Notes: generated by a model from the letters alone, not told the origin. Counted from the stretch's first letter, positions 1 through 9,761 are shown. The stretch: 64,000 nt of DNA from Alphaproteobacteria bacterium (GCA_965224275.1 CBDCYR010000009.1:413945-477944), one strand, 5' to 3'. Made by a program: numbers and translations.

Positions 1-204
1 ATACTGGCCGCCATCGGCGGCACGGCATCCGAGGCGGTGATGGTCGGCGACAGCATCATCGACGTCGAGGCCGCCCGTGGCGCCGGCGTGCCAGTGATCA
101 TCGTCAGCTATGGCTATGGCATCGAGAAAGCACGCAAAGCCGGCGCCGATGCTGAGATCGCTAGCTTTGACGCGTTGCCCGCCGCGATCGCAGCGCTTGG
201 CTAA
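1..204 (+). CDS. HAD-family hydrolase, phosphoglycolate phosphatase-like (3' part; runs off window)
   Basis: Frame 1 reads ...AVMVGDSIIDVEAARGAGVPVIIVSYGY..., the HAD motif IV (GDSxxD); stop TAA at 202-204. Confidence 0.75.
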   Translation: MLAAIGGTASEAVMVGDSIIDVEAARGAGVPVIIVSYGYGIEKARKAGADAEIASFDALPAAIAALG

Positions 205-230
205 GCCAAGTGGGAAGCGCAATGGACGGC

Positions 231-260
231 TTGACACTCGCCAGAGCTTGCGACTACATC
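231..260 (+). promoter_or_regulatory. Probable housekeeping sigma70 promoter of the tRNA
   Basis: TTGACA at 231-236 and GACTACATC (alphaproteobacterial GCTANAWC-like -10) about 36 nt upstream of the tRNA. Confidence 0.55.
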
Positions 261-295
261 CCGCGGTCGATATGCCGAGGCAGATCTGATAGATC

Positions 296-371
296 GGGCG
301 ATTAGCTCAGCTGGTAGAGCGCTCGTTTCACATGCGAGAGGTCGCTGGTTCAAGTCCAGCATCGCCCACCA
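296..371 (+). tRNA. tRNA-Val (anticodon CAC)
   Basis: 76-nt cloverleaf GGGCGAT...ATCGCCC-A-CCA; D arm AGCTCAGCTGGTAGAGC; anticodon arm CTCGT-TTCACAT-GCGAG; T loop GGTTCAAGTCC; encoded CCA. Confidence 0.96.
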
Positions 372-456
372 CGCTCCTCCCCCAACTTTCTCAGACCGCT
401 TGTGAGCAAGGAATTAGGTCGAGGTAGTGCCTTATCCTCCGCGCGTCGAATTAATC

Positions 457-2040
457 CTAACCCGCCGCAACCTGCGCGCGTTCCTTGTCCACGAGAACCC
501 GCCGCAGGATCTTGCCTGACGCCGATTTCGGGATTTGATCGATGAATTCGACGAGCCGGATGCGCTTGTGAGGCGCAACGCGCTCGGCGATGAAGGCCAT
601 GATGGCGTCGGCGTCTGCCGCGCCGTCCTTGGCGACGATAAAGGCTTTGGGAATTTCGCCGGCTTCTTCATCGGGACTCGGGATGACGGCGGCGTCGAGC
701 ACGGCGGGGTGCTCGAGCAAGCGGGCTTCGAGTTCCGCCGGTGCGACCTGCATGCCCTTATATTTGATGAGCTCCTTGACGCGGTCGACGATGAAGAAGA
801 AGCCGTCGTCGTCGACGTAGCCGACATCGCCGGTGCGATACCAGCCGTCGGCGTCGATCGATTGGGCGGTGTCATCGGGCTTGTTGAGGTAGCCCTTCAT
901 GATCTGCGGACCCCTGATGAGAAGTTCGCCCTCAGCGCCGGCGCCGAGCTCGCCACCGGACTCGACGTCGATGATTTTCACCTCGGTGTTGGGAATGATG
1001 CGCCCAATTGAACCAGCCTTGATGCGGTCACCCATCGTTGGGCTCAGGTGCGTCACCGGGCTCGCCTCGGTCATGCCATAGCCCTGGGCCACCGGGCAGT
1101 TGAGCTTGGCCGACGCTTCATCGGTGATGCCGGCACCGAGCGGCGCGGCACCTGAGAACACCAGCCGGATGCTCGAGAGATCGAATTTCTCGACCACCGG
1201 GTGTTTGGCCAAGCCCAGAACGATTGGCGGCACCAGCGGCGCGATGCTGACTTTGTGCTTTTCGATCGTGCCGAGAAATTCCTCGAGATCGAACCGCGGC
1301 ATGGAGACGACGGTGGCGCCGTTGGCCATACCCAGGCTCATCACCACGACCATGCCGTAGATGTGGAAAAACGGCAGCACGGCGATAATGGTGTCCGATT
1401 CGGTGAAGCCATCGAAATTCGAGACCGAATCGGTCTGGCAAAGATTGGCGACGAGGTTGCGATGGGTCAGCATGACGCCCTTCGGCAAGCCGGTGGTGCC
1501 GCTCGAATAGGGGAGAACGACAACATCTTCGGCTGCATCGATCGCCACCGACGGGATGGCTGCATCGGCGTTCGCGAGTTCGGCGAATGGGGTCGCGCCC
1601 TCGCCCTCGCCAACCACGAAAATTTCATCGATCGCGCACGCCGCGGCGGCCTCGGTCGCCTTATCGAGAAACGCCGCCACCGTTAGCAGGTAACGCGCGC
1701 CGGAATCCTTAAGCTGGTTGGTCAACTCCTCGGCCGTATAAAGCGGGTTGACGGTGGTGTTGATGCCGCCGCATTTGGCCACCGCATTGAAGGCCACCGC
1801 GTATTCCGGGATGTTGGGGCAGTAAATCGCGAATACTTCGCCTTTCTTGAATCCCCGGGCGGCAAGGCCAGCCGCGGTTCGATCAATCGCCGTGGCCAGT
1901 TGGCCGTAGGTGAGGGTACGCCCGGACGGGCCGTCGATCAGGGCCGGCTTGTCGGCCAGTCGATCGGCGTTGCGCAGCACATGTTCAGTGAACGAGTGGT
2001 CGGGAATTGCGATGTCGGGATCAGGGCTCTTGAAAATCAT
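457..2040 (-). CDS. 4-coumarate--CoA ligase-like AMP-dependent acyl-CoA synthetase
   Basis: YSSGTTGLPKG P-loop, GYGMTE, GELLIRG, DRVKELIKYKG, PKSASGKILRR; likely start MIFKSP at 2040 rather than 2148. Confidence 0.9.
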   Translation of the reverse strand: MIFKSPDPDIAIPDHSFTEHVLRNADRLADKPALIDGPSGRTLTYGQLATAIDRTAAGLAARGFKKGEVFAIYCPNIPEYAVAFNAVAKCGGINTTVNPLYTAEELTNQLKDSGARYLLTVAAFLDKATEAAAACAIDEIFVVGEGEGATPFAELANADAAIPSVAIDAAEDVVVLPYSSGTTGLPKGVMLTHRNLVANLCQTDSVSNFDGFTESDTIIAVLPFFHIYGMVVVMSLGMANGATVVSMPRFDLEEFLGTIEKHKVSIAPLVPPIVLGLAKHPVVEKFDLSSIRLVFSGAAPLGAGITDEASAKLNCPVAQGYGMTEASPVTHLSPTMGDRIKAGSIGRIIPNTEVKIIDVESGGELGAGAEGELLIRGPQIMKGYLNKPDDTAQSIDADGWYRTGDVGYVDDDGFFFIVDRVKELIKYKGMQVAPAELEARLLEHPAVLDAAVIPSPDEEAGEIPKAFIVAKDGAADADAIMAFIAERVAPHKRIRLVEFIDQIPKSASGKILRRVLVDKERAQVAAG

Positions 2041-2218
2041 CGGGTATCTCCCTGGGGCTGCGCTGTTCTTGGTTGCCCACAGCAGACTATGAACGTGGTG
2101 TTCCCGCAAGCCACCAATCCGCGCCGCCGCCAAGACAAATCGAGACAAGCCAGCCGCCGGCCGACCATTCGGCCATGGTCACCGAGCCCTTGTTGGGTGC
2201 GCGTCGCCCGCGGCGTCG

Positions 2219-2683
2219 CTACTGACCGACGATCTCGTTTTGCAGGGCGCCAAGCTTGCTCAGCATCGCCTGACGAGCCTTTTCGCCGACCCCATTCTTC
2301 TTCATGGACTCCTCGAACAGGCGGCCGGATTCGTTGAACTGCTTCTGGGTGATGTTCATGCCCTTATGCGACTCGATCATGTTGCGGCCGGTGTAGCGGC
2401 AGGGCCCGCCGGCGAGGTCGCACATTTGTTCGACGAAGTTGAATTTAAGCCGTGGGAAATCAAGGATCGACATCCCCTTGAAGCTGGGCTTGAGGAGCTC
2501 GTTGCTCACCGATGCGAAGATAAAGCCATCGACGATGGCATCGATACCATCGCGGCGCCCGAGTTGGTTATAGAGACTGCCGGTTTCAGGTTTGGGTGGT
2601 GCCTGACCGCTGCAAGCCGTCAATCCGAGCAGCACAAACGCCATGATGACGGTAAGAACGCGCGCTGATCTTAGAATTCGCAT
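2219..2683 (-). CDS. Group I truncated hemoglobin with lipoprotein signal
   Basis: SLYNQLG..GI, LAGGPCRYTGRNM.ESHKGMNIT..QF signature of trHbN; N-terminal hydrophobic stretch with LTAC lipobox. Confidence 0.85.
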   Translation of the reverse strand: MRILRSARVLTVIMAFVLLGLTACSGQAPPKPETGSLYNQLGRRDGIDAIVDGFIFASVSNELLKPSFKGMSILDFPRLKFNFVEQMCDLAGGPCRYTGRNMIESHKGMNITQKQFNESGRLFEESMKKNGVGEKARQAMLSKLGALQNEIVGQ

Positions 2684-2812
2684 GCCAACATCCCCCGAGG
2701 AATCAAGTAGTTACGGTTGTATTCTACTACAAGATTTCTACTTGTGTCGGCAACGATCTGCAACGCGCAACAATTATTGATCCGAGCAGCGCCTGGACGT
2801 GGAGGTCGGGGC

Positions 2813-4003
2813 TCAGCGATCGCGCCAAAAGCGGCAATAGGCGTGGCGGGCGAGAGAACGCCACTGCTTGCGCCAGCACTGCAGCGGATCTTTGCCGTCG
2901 TGGTTCAAACAAATATTGCAGGAGACACAATCAACCATGCCGCGCCGGCCGGCGACGATCTGCCCGGCGATATCGGGCTCACGAATAAACGGCCGCGCCA
3001 TGGCAATGAAGTCGGCGTCACCCGACGAAATGACGTCCGCCATCGTCGGGGTCGTGCGCATGCCGCCGATCAGGATGACCGGTATGTCGACCGATTGTTT
3101 TACCGCATGCGCATACGCTCGGTAGTAGGCCTCGGGACCCGCGGGTTCAAATAATCGTGGATACAGCCCGGTCGCGATCGCGCGGCCCGGCGTGACCGCG
3201 ACATAGGGCCGAACGTTTTGCAGATAGGACCCCATCACACCCAGCGTGGTCTCGACGGCGTCAAGCCCGCGTTCGCGCAGGCGGCTGACCAGCGCGACGC
3301 CCTCGTCAATCGGCAGACCACCGTCGACGCTGTCGGCAATGCCAACTCGGGCCGAGATCGGAAAGTCGGCACCGACGGTATCGCGGACGCTCTGATAAAC
3401 CTCAATAAAGAATCGACCGCGCCGCTCGGCATCGCCGCCCCAGTCATCGTCGCGTCGATTGGCATGTGGCGAGGTGAACTCGCTCAGCAGATAACCGTTG
3501 CCACCATGCAGATGGATGCCATCGAAGCCGGCTTGTTGCGCCCGCCCGGCGGCCGCGCCAAAGGCCGCGACGATCGCGGCAATGTCGGCGTCGCTTGCCT
3601 CGGTCGGTGTGCGCGCGAATATGGCATTTAGAATGATCGAGGGCGCGATGGGCGTGACTCCCGGCATCACCGACTGGCTGCCGGCATGACTTAGCTCGGC
3701 AAAAATGATTCCGCCCGCGTCGTGAACGATGTCGACCAAAGCTTTGAGCCCCGGCACAAAGGTATCGTCGTAGATCGCCATCTGCGACGGTGAGTATTGG
3801 CCACGCGGCTCGACGAAGATGTGTCCGGTAATGATCAGGCCGGCGCCACCGCGACCAAGATCTCCGTAGAGGCGCTTGAGTGAGTGGTTAACGCCACCGT
3901 CTTCTTCAGCCATCGTTTCCGATGTCGGCGCCCGCACCAAGCGATTGCGCAAACGCAGCGAGCCGATCTGGCCGGGGTCAAGAAAGGCGGCGTGCTGATC
4001 CAT
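2813..4003 (-). CDS. NADH:flavin oxidoreductase (Old Yellow Enzyme family)
   Basis: LRNRLVRAPT, GFDGIHLHGGNGYLL, NRRDDDWGG, ARPFIREPD, C-terminal CVSCNIC. Confidence 0.9.
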   Translation of the reverse strand: MDQHAAFLDPGQIGSLRLRNRLVRAPTSETMAEEDGGVNHSLKRLYGDLGRGGAGLIITGHIFVEPRGQYSPSQMAIYDDTFVPGLKALVDIVHDAGGIIFAELSHAGSQSVMPGVTPIAPSIILNAIFARTPTEASDADIAAIVAAFGAAAGRAQQAGFDGIHLHGGNGYLLSEFTSPHANRRDDDWGGDAERRGRFFIEVYQSVRDTVGADFPISARVGIADSVDGGLPIDEGVALVSRLRERGLDAVETTLGVMGSYLQNVRPYVAVTPGRAIATGLYPRLFEPAGPEAYYRAYAHAVKQSVDIPVILIGGMRTTPTMADVISSGDADFIAMARPFIREPDIAGQIVAGRRGMVDCVSCNICLNHDGKDPLQCWRKQWRSLARHAYCRFWRDR

Positions 4004-4070
4004 CGACAGGGGCTCGTGGCATCCGCAAAATCATGACCTCGGAGGTAATGGCCGACCCAGCCCAGGCAAA

Positions 4071-4363
4071 CTAGTGGACGAAATCCAACATATGGTACCC
4101 ATACGACGGCTTGCCGAGTTCGCCGGTTAGGCGCGCGAAGCGTGGCGATGCCCCATGCGACCGTCGGGCATCGGAAGCTTTGCGTAACGCGGCCGGTGAG
4201 TTCGGCAAGCCGCCCTGTGGGTCGCCTATCCCAGTCCCCCGGTGCGTCGAAACCCCTCGACGATGCCCAACGGTCCCTTGGGGCATCGCCTGCGGGCTTC
4301 CTCCTGCCGAGCTACCGGGATACGCGATCGTATGTGTACCATATGTTGGATTCCATCCACTAG
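4071..4363. mobile_element. MITE-like element, 293 bp including flanking CTAG
   Basis: Left end CTAGTGGACGAAATCCAACATATGGTACCCATACGA versus reverse complement of right end CTAGTGGATGGAATCCAACATATGGTACACATACGA (33/36 identical); internally self-complementary; no credible ORF. Confidence 0.8.
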
Positions 4364-4402
4364 AATCTATCCCCAGCAGGACAACCAAGAGGCGGGCACG
4401 CC

Positions 4403-4795
4403 ATGAGCCGCACACAGGTCATCATTCTCATCATCCTCGGCGTCGTCTTTTGGTTCCTGGCGGCAATGCTGGTGCGCTATGTGCCCGCAATATTCGACGC
4501 CGGCTGGTGGTCGGCCGTCCTGCTGGTTGGATCGTTGCTTGGGGCCTCGGCATTCATCAAGCTCGTTCTGTGGATCGTGCGCTTACCTGATCATCGCTCG
4601 CTAATGGCCGTCAGCATCGCGACCATCACCGCGCTTTTTCTCGACGGACTGGCAATGACTTGGGCGCCGCAGCTTTACGGCAGCGATCTGGAGATCGCGT
4701 TGCGGGGCGCCGGCTGGATCCTGTTCGGAGTCGGCGCGTTGTGGCTGGCCGGATTGATGTCGCAGCGGCGCGCCGAAAAGCTAACCGCGCCTTAA
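4403..4795 (+). CDS. Small four-TM membrane protein of unknown function
   Basis: Four hydrophobic segments; RBS-like GAGG upstream; fills the gap between the MITE and the gpx gene. Confidence 0.7.
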   Translation: MSRTQVIILIILGVVFWFLAAMLVRYVPAIFDAGWWSAVLLVGSLLGASAFIKLVLWIVRLPDHRSLMAVSIATITALFLDGLAMTWAPQLYGSDLEIALRGAGWILFGVGALWLAGLMSQRRAEKLTAP

Positions 4796-4807
4796 CCTGT
4801 GGAGAGT

Positions 4808-5389
4808 TCAGTCGGTTGCGGGTAGAACCGCTTCAATTGTCGCGACAACCTGGGGCGATGCGGGCGCCACGCGAGTCGGAAACCAGCCAATTAATCGCCC
4901 GTCCGGCGCCACCAGATATTTGTGAAAGTTCCAACGCGGCGCGGCACGCGGTCCCAACTGCTGACGCGCCCACAGGTAAAAGGGATGCGCAGCTTCGCCG
5001 CTAACGACCTGTTTTTCGGTGAGCGGAAAATCGATATCGAAATTGACCTCGCAGAACTGTTTGATTTCGGAGGAACTGCCCGGTTCCTGGGCGCCGAAAT
5101 CGTTCGACGGGACCCCGAGAACCACCAAGCCGCGCTCACGGTAGCGCTGCCACAACTCCTGCAGGGCGGCGTATTGGTGGGTGTAGCCGCAGAACGAAGC
5201 GGTGTTGACGATCAGGACCGCTTTGCCGGCAAATTTCGACAGCGGCAGCGGGCCGCCATCGATCGCGAGGAACGAGAAATCATGCGCGTTTTCTGCCGGG
5301 CTCGCACCGGCCGCGGGCGCATTGGCGGCGACAACGATAATGGCGAGCGCCCAAACCAATCGTGCCACGAAATCCGACCGTCCTAGCAT
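4808..5389 (-). CDS. Glutathione peroxidase (Cys-type) with N-terminal signal peptide
   Basis: VNTASFCGYT, GVPSNDFGAQEPG, PRWNFHKYL motifs. Confidence 0.93.
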   Translation of the reverse strand: MLGRSDFVARLVWALAIIVVAANAPAAGASPAENAHDFSFLAIDGGPLPLSKFAGKAVLIVNTASFCGYTHQYAALQELWQRYRERGLVVLGVPSNDFGAQEPGSSSEIKQFCEVNFDIDFPLTEKQVVSGEAAHPFYLWARQQLGPRAAPRWNFHKYLVAPDGRLIGWFPTRVAPASPQVVATIEAVLPATD

Positions 5390-5424
5390 GGGGTCTATGC
5401 GGTTATGCGTATGGACGAGACCAC

Positions 5425-5901
5425 CTACTGCCCAAACACTCGCCGCAATCGTCCCATTTTCTCGAAATAGCGCTGGTGGTAATCCTCAGCCGTCCAAAAC
5501 GCCGATGCCGGCGTGATTTCGGTCGCAATCGGCTGGCTATGACGGCCGGATTGTTCCTGTTGCTGCTTCGACGCCGCCGCGGCTGCCAGTTGTTCCTCGT
5601 CGTGGGCATAGACGGCCGAGCGATATTGCGTGCCAACATCGGGCCCCTGGCGATTTAGCTGGGTGGGGTCGTGGATCTGCCAGAACGCGTCGAGGAGTTC
5701 ATCGTAGGAGACCTTTGCCGGGTCGAATTCAACTTCGACAACTTCTGCGTGCCCGGTCTGCCCGCTGCAAACCTCTTCATAGGTGGGATTGTCTTTGGCG
5801 CCGCCGGCATAGCCGACCTTCGCATCGGTAACGCCGTCGATCTTGCGAAGCCCCGCCTCGATGCCCCAAAAGCACCCGGCCCCAAATGTTGCTTTGGCCA
5901 T
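5425..5901 (-). CDS. msrA: Peptide methionine sulfoxide reductase A
   Basis: [33 protein letters not shown]. Confidence 0.97.
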   Translation of the reverse strand: MAKATFGAGCFWGIEAGLRKIDGVTDAKVGYAGGAKDNPTYEEVCSGQTGHAEVVEVEFDPAKVSYDELLDAFWQIHDPTQLNRQGPDVGTQYRSAVYAHDEEQLAAAAASKQQQEQSGRHSQPIATEITPASAFWTAEDYHQRYFEKMGRLRRVFGQ

Positions 5902-5982
5902 AGCGGCCTCCTTCGATTGCTGCTGCGTTCGAATCTAAGGCTTCGTGAGCAAACGGCAAGTGCAAGAACATTTAATGCTTGG

Positions 5983-6079
5983 CTTAGCCGTCCCGCTCCC
6001 CCGGCCCAACCACCCCAAGGGTACCCTCCAAAAGTGTCCAATACTGTGGTGGTTGGACCGGGGGAGCGGGACGGCTAAG
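5983..6079. repeat. Long near-perfect inverted repeat (32-bp arms, 33-nt spacer)
   Basis: CTTAGCCGTCCCGCTCCCCCGGCCCAACCACC (5983-6014) pairs with 6048-6079 with one mismatch. Confidence 0.85.
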
Positions 6080-6149
6080 TCGACTTACTCCTAAGAGGTG
6101 CACCCGCGGCGGTGGTGTTCGCCCCTGGGGTGCTTAGTATGGACCGGTT

Positions 6150-7847
6150 ATGGTTTTCGATCTGAAGATCACCAACGGCTTCATCGTCGACGGGAGCGGC
6201 AAACCGGGTTTTGCCGGCACGGTGGCGGTGCGGGACGGCCGCATCGCCGGCATCGGTGACATTGACGGGCCTGCCGAGCGGACGCTGGACGCAAGCGGAC
6301 GCGTCGTCGCGCCCGGGTTCATCGATATGCATACCCACTACGATGCCCAGATCCTGTGGGACCGCACGCTGTCGATCTCTCCCTCACATGGCGTAACCAC
6401 CGTCGTGATGGGTAATTGCGGGTTTGGCATCGCGCCGACCCGGGCCGCACATCGTGACCTGATTTTGCGGACGCTCGAACGGGTCGAGGGGATGAGCCTG
6501 GCCGCGCTGCGGGCCGGCGTCGGCGGTGATTGGGCGTTCGAATCATTTCCGCAATATCTCGATGCCATCGAAGACACCGGCAGCCTGGTCAATGTCGGGG
6601 TCTATATCGGGCACACGCCGACGCGCCTCTACGTGATGGGCACCGACGCGGTGACGCGAGCGGCATCGGCAGACGAGGTTGACGCCATGTGCCGCATCGT
6701 TCGTGAAGCGGCGGAAGCCGGGGCGCTCGGGCTTTCATCATCGGGATCGCCGACCCATCACGGGTTCGATGGCCACCCGGTGCCGAGCCGCTTGGCCGCC
6801 TTCGAGGAACACGATGCGCTGATCGGCGCCCTGGCGGATCATGGGGCCGAACATGGCCCAGGTGTTTTTCAAGCGACGATGGGCAAGGGAATGTTCATCA
6901 AACAGTTTCGCGAGTTCGCTGCCAAGCATGGTGTCACCGTTACCTGGACCGCCCTGCTCTCCAACCTCACCGGCCCGGGATCGCATCGTAAATATTTGCA
7001 AACCACGCGCGAGCTGATCGAAGAAGAGGGCCTTAACGTGGTTCCGCAGGTATCGCCGCGGCCGCTGACGCTCGACTTCAACTTCGATTCGGCGTTCCCC
7101 TTCGAAGCGCGCGCGTTCTTTGCCCCGACCATGAAAACCGACCACGCCGGCCGCATGGCGTTGTACCAGGATCTCGCGTTTCGGCAGGCGTTCAAAGATG
7201 ATCGTGAGGACGCCCGCCCGCATCAAATGGTGGGGTGGGACGAGCGCGCGGTGATCTCCTATTCACCATCGGATGAGTCATTGACCGAACGGCTGGTCAA
7301 GGACGTCGCGGAGGAACGTGGGGTCGATCCGGTCGATATGGTGCTGGATCTGAGCCTGGAGACCGATCTCGCGGCGCGAATCCGCGTGCCCATTCTCAAT
7401 TATGATGACGACGCTGTGGGCGAAATTCTCCAGGACCCGCTTACGGTGATGGCGCTGTCTGATGCCGGTGCGCACGCCAGCCAACTCTGCGATGCCTGCT
7501 ACACAACCGACTTTCTCGGACGCTGGGTGCGCGAGAAGGGGTTGGTGAGTCTGGAAGAAGGCGTGCGGATGCTAACCGCGCGACCCGCCGAGGTTCTCGG
7601 ACTACGTGACCGTGGACGGCTGGAGAAAGGCATGGCCGCCGATGTCGTGGTGTTCGACGCCGAAGCCATCGATGCTGGCGCCTTACGGCGGGTGCATGAT
7701 TTGCCCGGCGATGCCGATCGTTTGCTATCGGATGCTAGCGGAATCGACGCGGTCATCGTCAACGGCACAATAATCAGCCGCGATGGCGAAAGCGCTCTTG
7801 CCGCCGACGCCGATCTGCCCGGCCAACTCATCCGCGGCCGGGGTTAA
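6150..7847 (+). CDS. N-acyl-D-amino-acid deacylase-like amidohydrolase
   Basis: PGFIDMHTHYD, GVTTVVMGNCG, SDAGAH, GRLEKGMAADVVVFD. Confidence 0.88.
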   Translation: MVFDLKITNGFIVDGSGKPGFAGTVAVRDGRIAGIGDIDGPAERTLDASGRVVAPGFIDMHTHYDAQILWDRTLSISPSHGVTTVVMGNCGFGIAPTRAAHRDLILRTLERVEGMSLAALRAGVGGDWAFESFPQYLDAIEDTGSLVNVGVYIGHTPTRLYVMGTDAVTRAASADEVDAMCRIVREAAEAGALGLSSSGSPTHHGFDGHPVPSRLAAFEEHDALIGALADHGAEHGPGVFQATMGKGMFIKQFREFAAKHGVTVTWTALLSNLTGPGSHRKYLQTTRELIEEEGLNVVPQVSPRPLTLDFNFDSAFPFEARAFFAPTMKTDHAGRMALYQDLAFRQAFKDDREDARPHQMVGWDERAVISYSPSDESLTERLVKDVAEERGVDPVDMVLDLSLETDLAARIRVPILNYDDDAVGEILQDPLTVMALSDAGAHASQLCDACYTTDFLGRWVREKGLVSLEEGVRMLTARPAEVLGLRDRGRLEKGMAADVVVFDAEAIDAGALRRVHDLPGDADRLLSDASGIDAVIVNGTIISRDGESALAADADLPGQLIRGRG

Positions 7848-7861
7848 GAGGGGAGCGTGAA

Positions 7862-8611
7862 TTGCTAAAGGCTGCGCTCGGCTATGTCGGCCTCGCGGTG
7901 CGCGAGCCCGAGGAAATCGCCAACAAACTCCAGCACGATTTCGGCCTCGAACGGACGCAGGCAGGGTTGAATGGGGCGCAAGCGGTGGCCCTTTCGGCCA
8001 AGCAGCTTGGCGGCGTACGTACGTTTCTGAGCGATCCCCTCGACTTGCCTGAGAGCGTACAGGGACCGGTCGATCGGATCGATCACATCGGCGTCGCGAG
8101 CGCCGACAACCGCGTTGTGCTCGATATGTTTTGCGATCGGATCGGATTCGAACTCGAAAGCCAGCAAACCGATCGGGAAGTCGGAACCGCGGTCGAAACC
8201 TTCACCTCCGACAAACATGGCGTGGTGCGACATAGCCGCCCGCCAGAATTGATCGGCGCGCTACGAGTCGCGTTTGTGACGATCGGCGATTGCGAGCTCG
8301 AGTTCCTTCAGAACTTCGATCCCCGCCAGGAGGGTGAGGTCGATCACGGCACGCGCGGCACCACCCGGCAGGATCAAGGAGCTATTAGCCGCTACATCGC
8401 ATCGCGCGGCGCCGGCCTCCACCACATTGCTTTCAAGGTTGCCGATATCGACAGCATGCTGGCGCGCTTGGCGGGTGCCGGTTATGAGGTTATCGACCCG
8501 ATCGGACGGCCGGGATCACGGCGGGCTCGGATCGGCTTTATCCACCCGCGCAGCTTGGGTGGTGTGCTCGTTCACCTCGTCGAGCGCAACGAGATATCGG
8601 ACAGCGCATAA
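7862..8611 (+). CDS. VOC/glyoxalase family protein, methylmalonyl-CoA epimerase-like
   Basis: IDHIGVA, ELEFLQ, GAGLHHIAFKV, IGFIHPRSLGGVLVHLVE. Confidence 0.75.
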   Translation: MLKAALGYVGLAVREPEEIANKLQHDFGLERTQAGLNGAQAVALSAKQLGGVRTFLSDPLDLPESVQGPVDRIDHIGVASADNRVVLDMFCDRIGFELESQQTDREVGTAVETFTSDKHGVVRHSRPPELIGALRVAFVTIGDCELEFLQNFDPRQEGEVDHGTRGTTRQDQGAISRYIASRGAGLHHIAFKVADIDSMLARLAGAGYEVIDPIGRPGSRRARIGFIHPRSLGGVLVHLVERNEISDSA

Positions 8612-8622
8612 GGTAAACAAAA

Positions 8623-8730
8623 CCCCTCACCCTACCCCTCTCCCGCAAGGGGAGAGGGAACCTAACGGTGCCCACGGCTAGCTCCCTCTCCCCTTGCGGG
8701 AGAGGGCGGGGGTGAGGGGGGCTTTTTTTT
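8623..8730. repeat. REP-type doublet (two inverted CCCTCACCC..CCCTCTCCC..GGGAGAGGG units), probably doubling as a terminator
   Basis: CCCCTCACCCTACCCCTCTCCCGCAAGGGGAGAGGGA ... TCCCTCTCCCCTTGCGGGAGAGGGCGGGGGTGAGGGG followed by a run of 8 T, between convergent genes. Confidence 0.85.
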
Positions 8731-8762
8731 CGAGGTGCTAACTGCGATTGGATCGGGGTCTA

Positions 8763-9761
8763 CTAGGGCCGCGCCAACTGTTCGGGCCGATCGATTTCAC
8801 CGCCCGACGGCAATGGTGCGGCCGCATTATCGATCCATGCCGCGATATCGCGCCACACCACTTCGGCCTGCAGGTCGCGCAGGAGCATGTGGTAGCCCTG
8901 GGCATAGAGCACGACCCGGTGCGGCGCACCGAAATTGTCGAGCATGCGGATCGTGGGCCGGCGCGGAATGATCTCGTCGCGGGCGCCGTAGAGCACCAGC
9001 GCGGGCGTGGTCAGGCCGGGCGACGCGGCAAGGGCTTGGTCCATAAGGTTGACCAGACCGTATAACGCATCAACGCGGGTTTCCTTGATAACGTAGGGAT
9101 CGCGTCCCAGCGCGCGCAACATCTCGATATTGTCGGAGGGGATGATGCCCAGGCCGCGACCCGTGACGCGGTTTCCCGGCATGGTGTGCACCCCCAACCA
9201 AAGGGCTACTCGATAAGCCAGCGGCATCGTCGACCTGCCCCACACCGCCGGGCCCACCATGACCTGACCGGCGATGTCCGGCATCGCCGGATTGGTGGCC
9301 GCAGCTCGCGGTTGTGCTTGTGCTGCCATCATGACGGCGCCCCCCATGCTCACGCCGAGCAGATAAAGCGGCGTGGTCGGGTGATTAGCGGCGACGACAT
9401 GTGCGGCTTCCCGCAAATCCTTTGTCATCAAGCGGGTACCCGGCCAGATACGCGGATTCGCACTCTTACCGAATCCGCGCTGGTCATAGGCGTAGGTTGC
9501 GATGCCGGCCGACGCCAGCCAGCTTGCCGGCGCATCAAAGGCATTGCTGTAGTCGTTGAAGCCATGCAGCGCGAGAATCACCGCTCGTGGGGGACCATCT
9601 GGCAACCACTGGCGCAAGGGCAGTTCGTAGCCGTCGCTGGTGGCAATCAGGTCCGCCGCCAGGCGCGGCGCACCGTCCAATGGCCCAGCTTCCTGGACAC
9701 GTGGCGCGCACGCGACGAGTACCGCCAACAGAAGCGCGGCCGCGACGGCGCGCAGGCGCAT
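8763..9761 (-). CDS. Alpha/beta hydrolase (lysophospholipase-like) lipoprotein
   Basis: LVAC lipobox, LHGFNDYS, DQRGFG, GVSMGG nucleophile elbow, GYHMLL; start MRLRAV at 9761. Confidence 0.88.
   Translation of the reverse strand: MRLRAVAAALLLAVLVACAPRVQEAGPLDGAPRLAADLIATSDGYELPLRQWLPDGPPRAVILALHGFNDYSNAFDAPASWLASAGIATYAYDQRGFGKSANPRIWPGTRLMTKDLREAAHVVAANHPTTPLYLLGVSMGGAVMMAAQAQPRAAATNPAMPDIAGQVMVGPAVWGRSTMPLAYRVALWLGVHTMPGNRVTGRGLGIIPSDNIEMLRALGRDPYVIKETRVDALYGLVNLMDQALAASPGLTTPALVLYGARDEIIPRRPTIRMLDNFGAPHRVVLYAQGYHMLLRDLQAEVVWRDIAAWIDNAAAPLPSGGEIDRPEQLARP

Noticed and set aside
296-460. tRNA-Val as the integration site of an island
   Set aside because: I found no duplicated tRNA 3' end in the window, and the adjacent genes are ordinary metabolic genes.
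4808-5389. Selenocysteine in the glutathione peroxidase (also checked msrA and the molybdoenzyme)
   Set aside because: The active-site codons encode Cys; no in-frame TGA.
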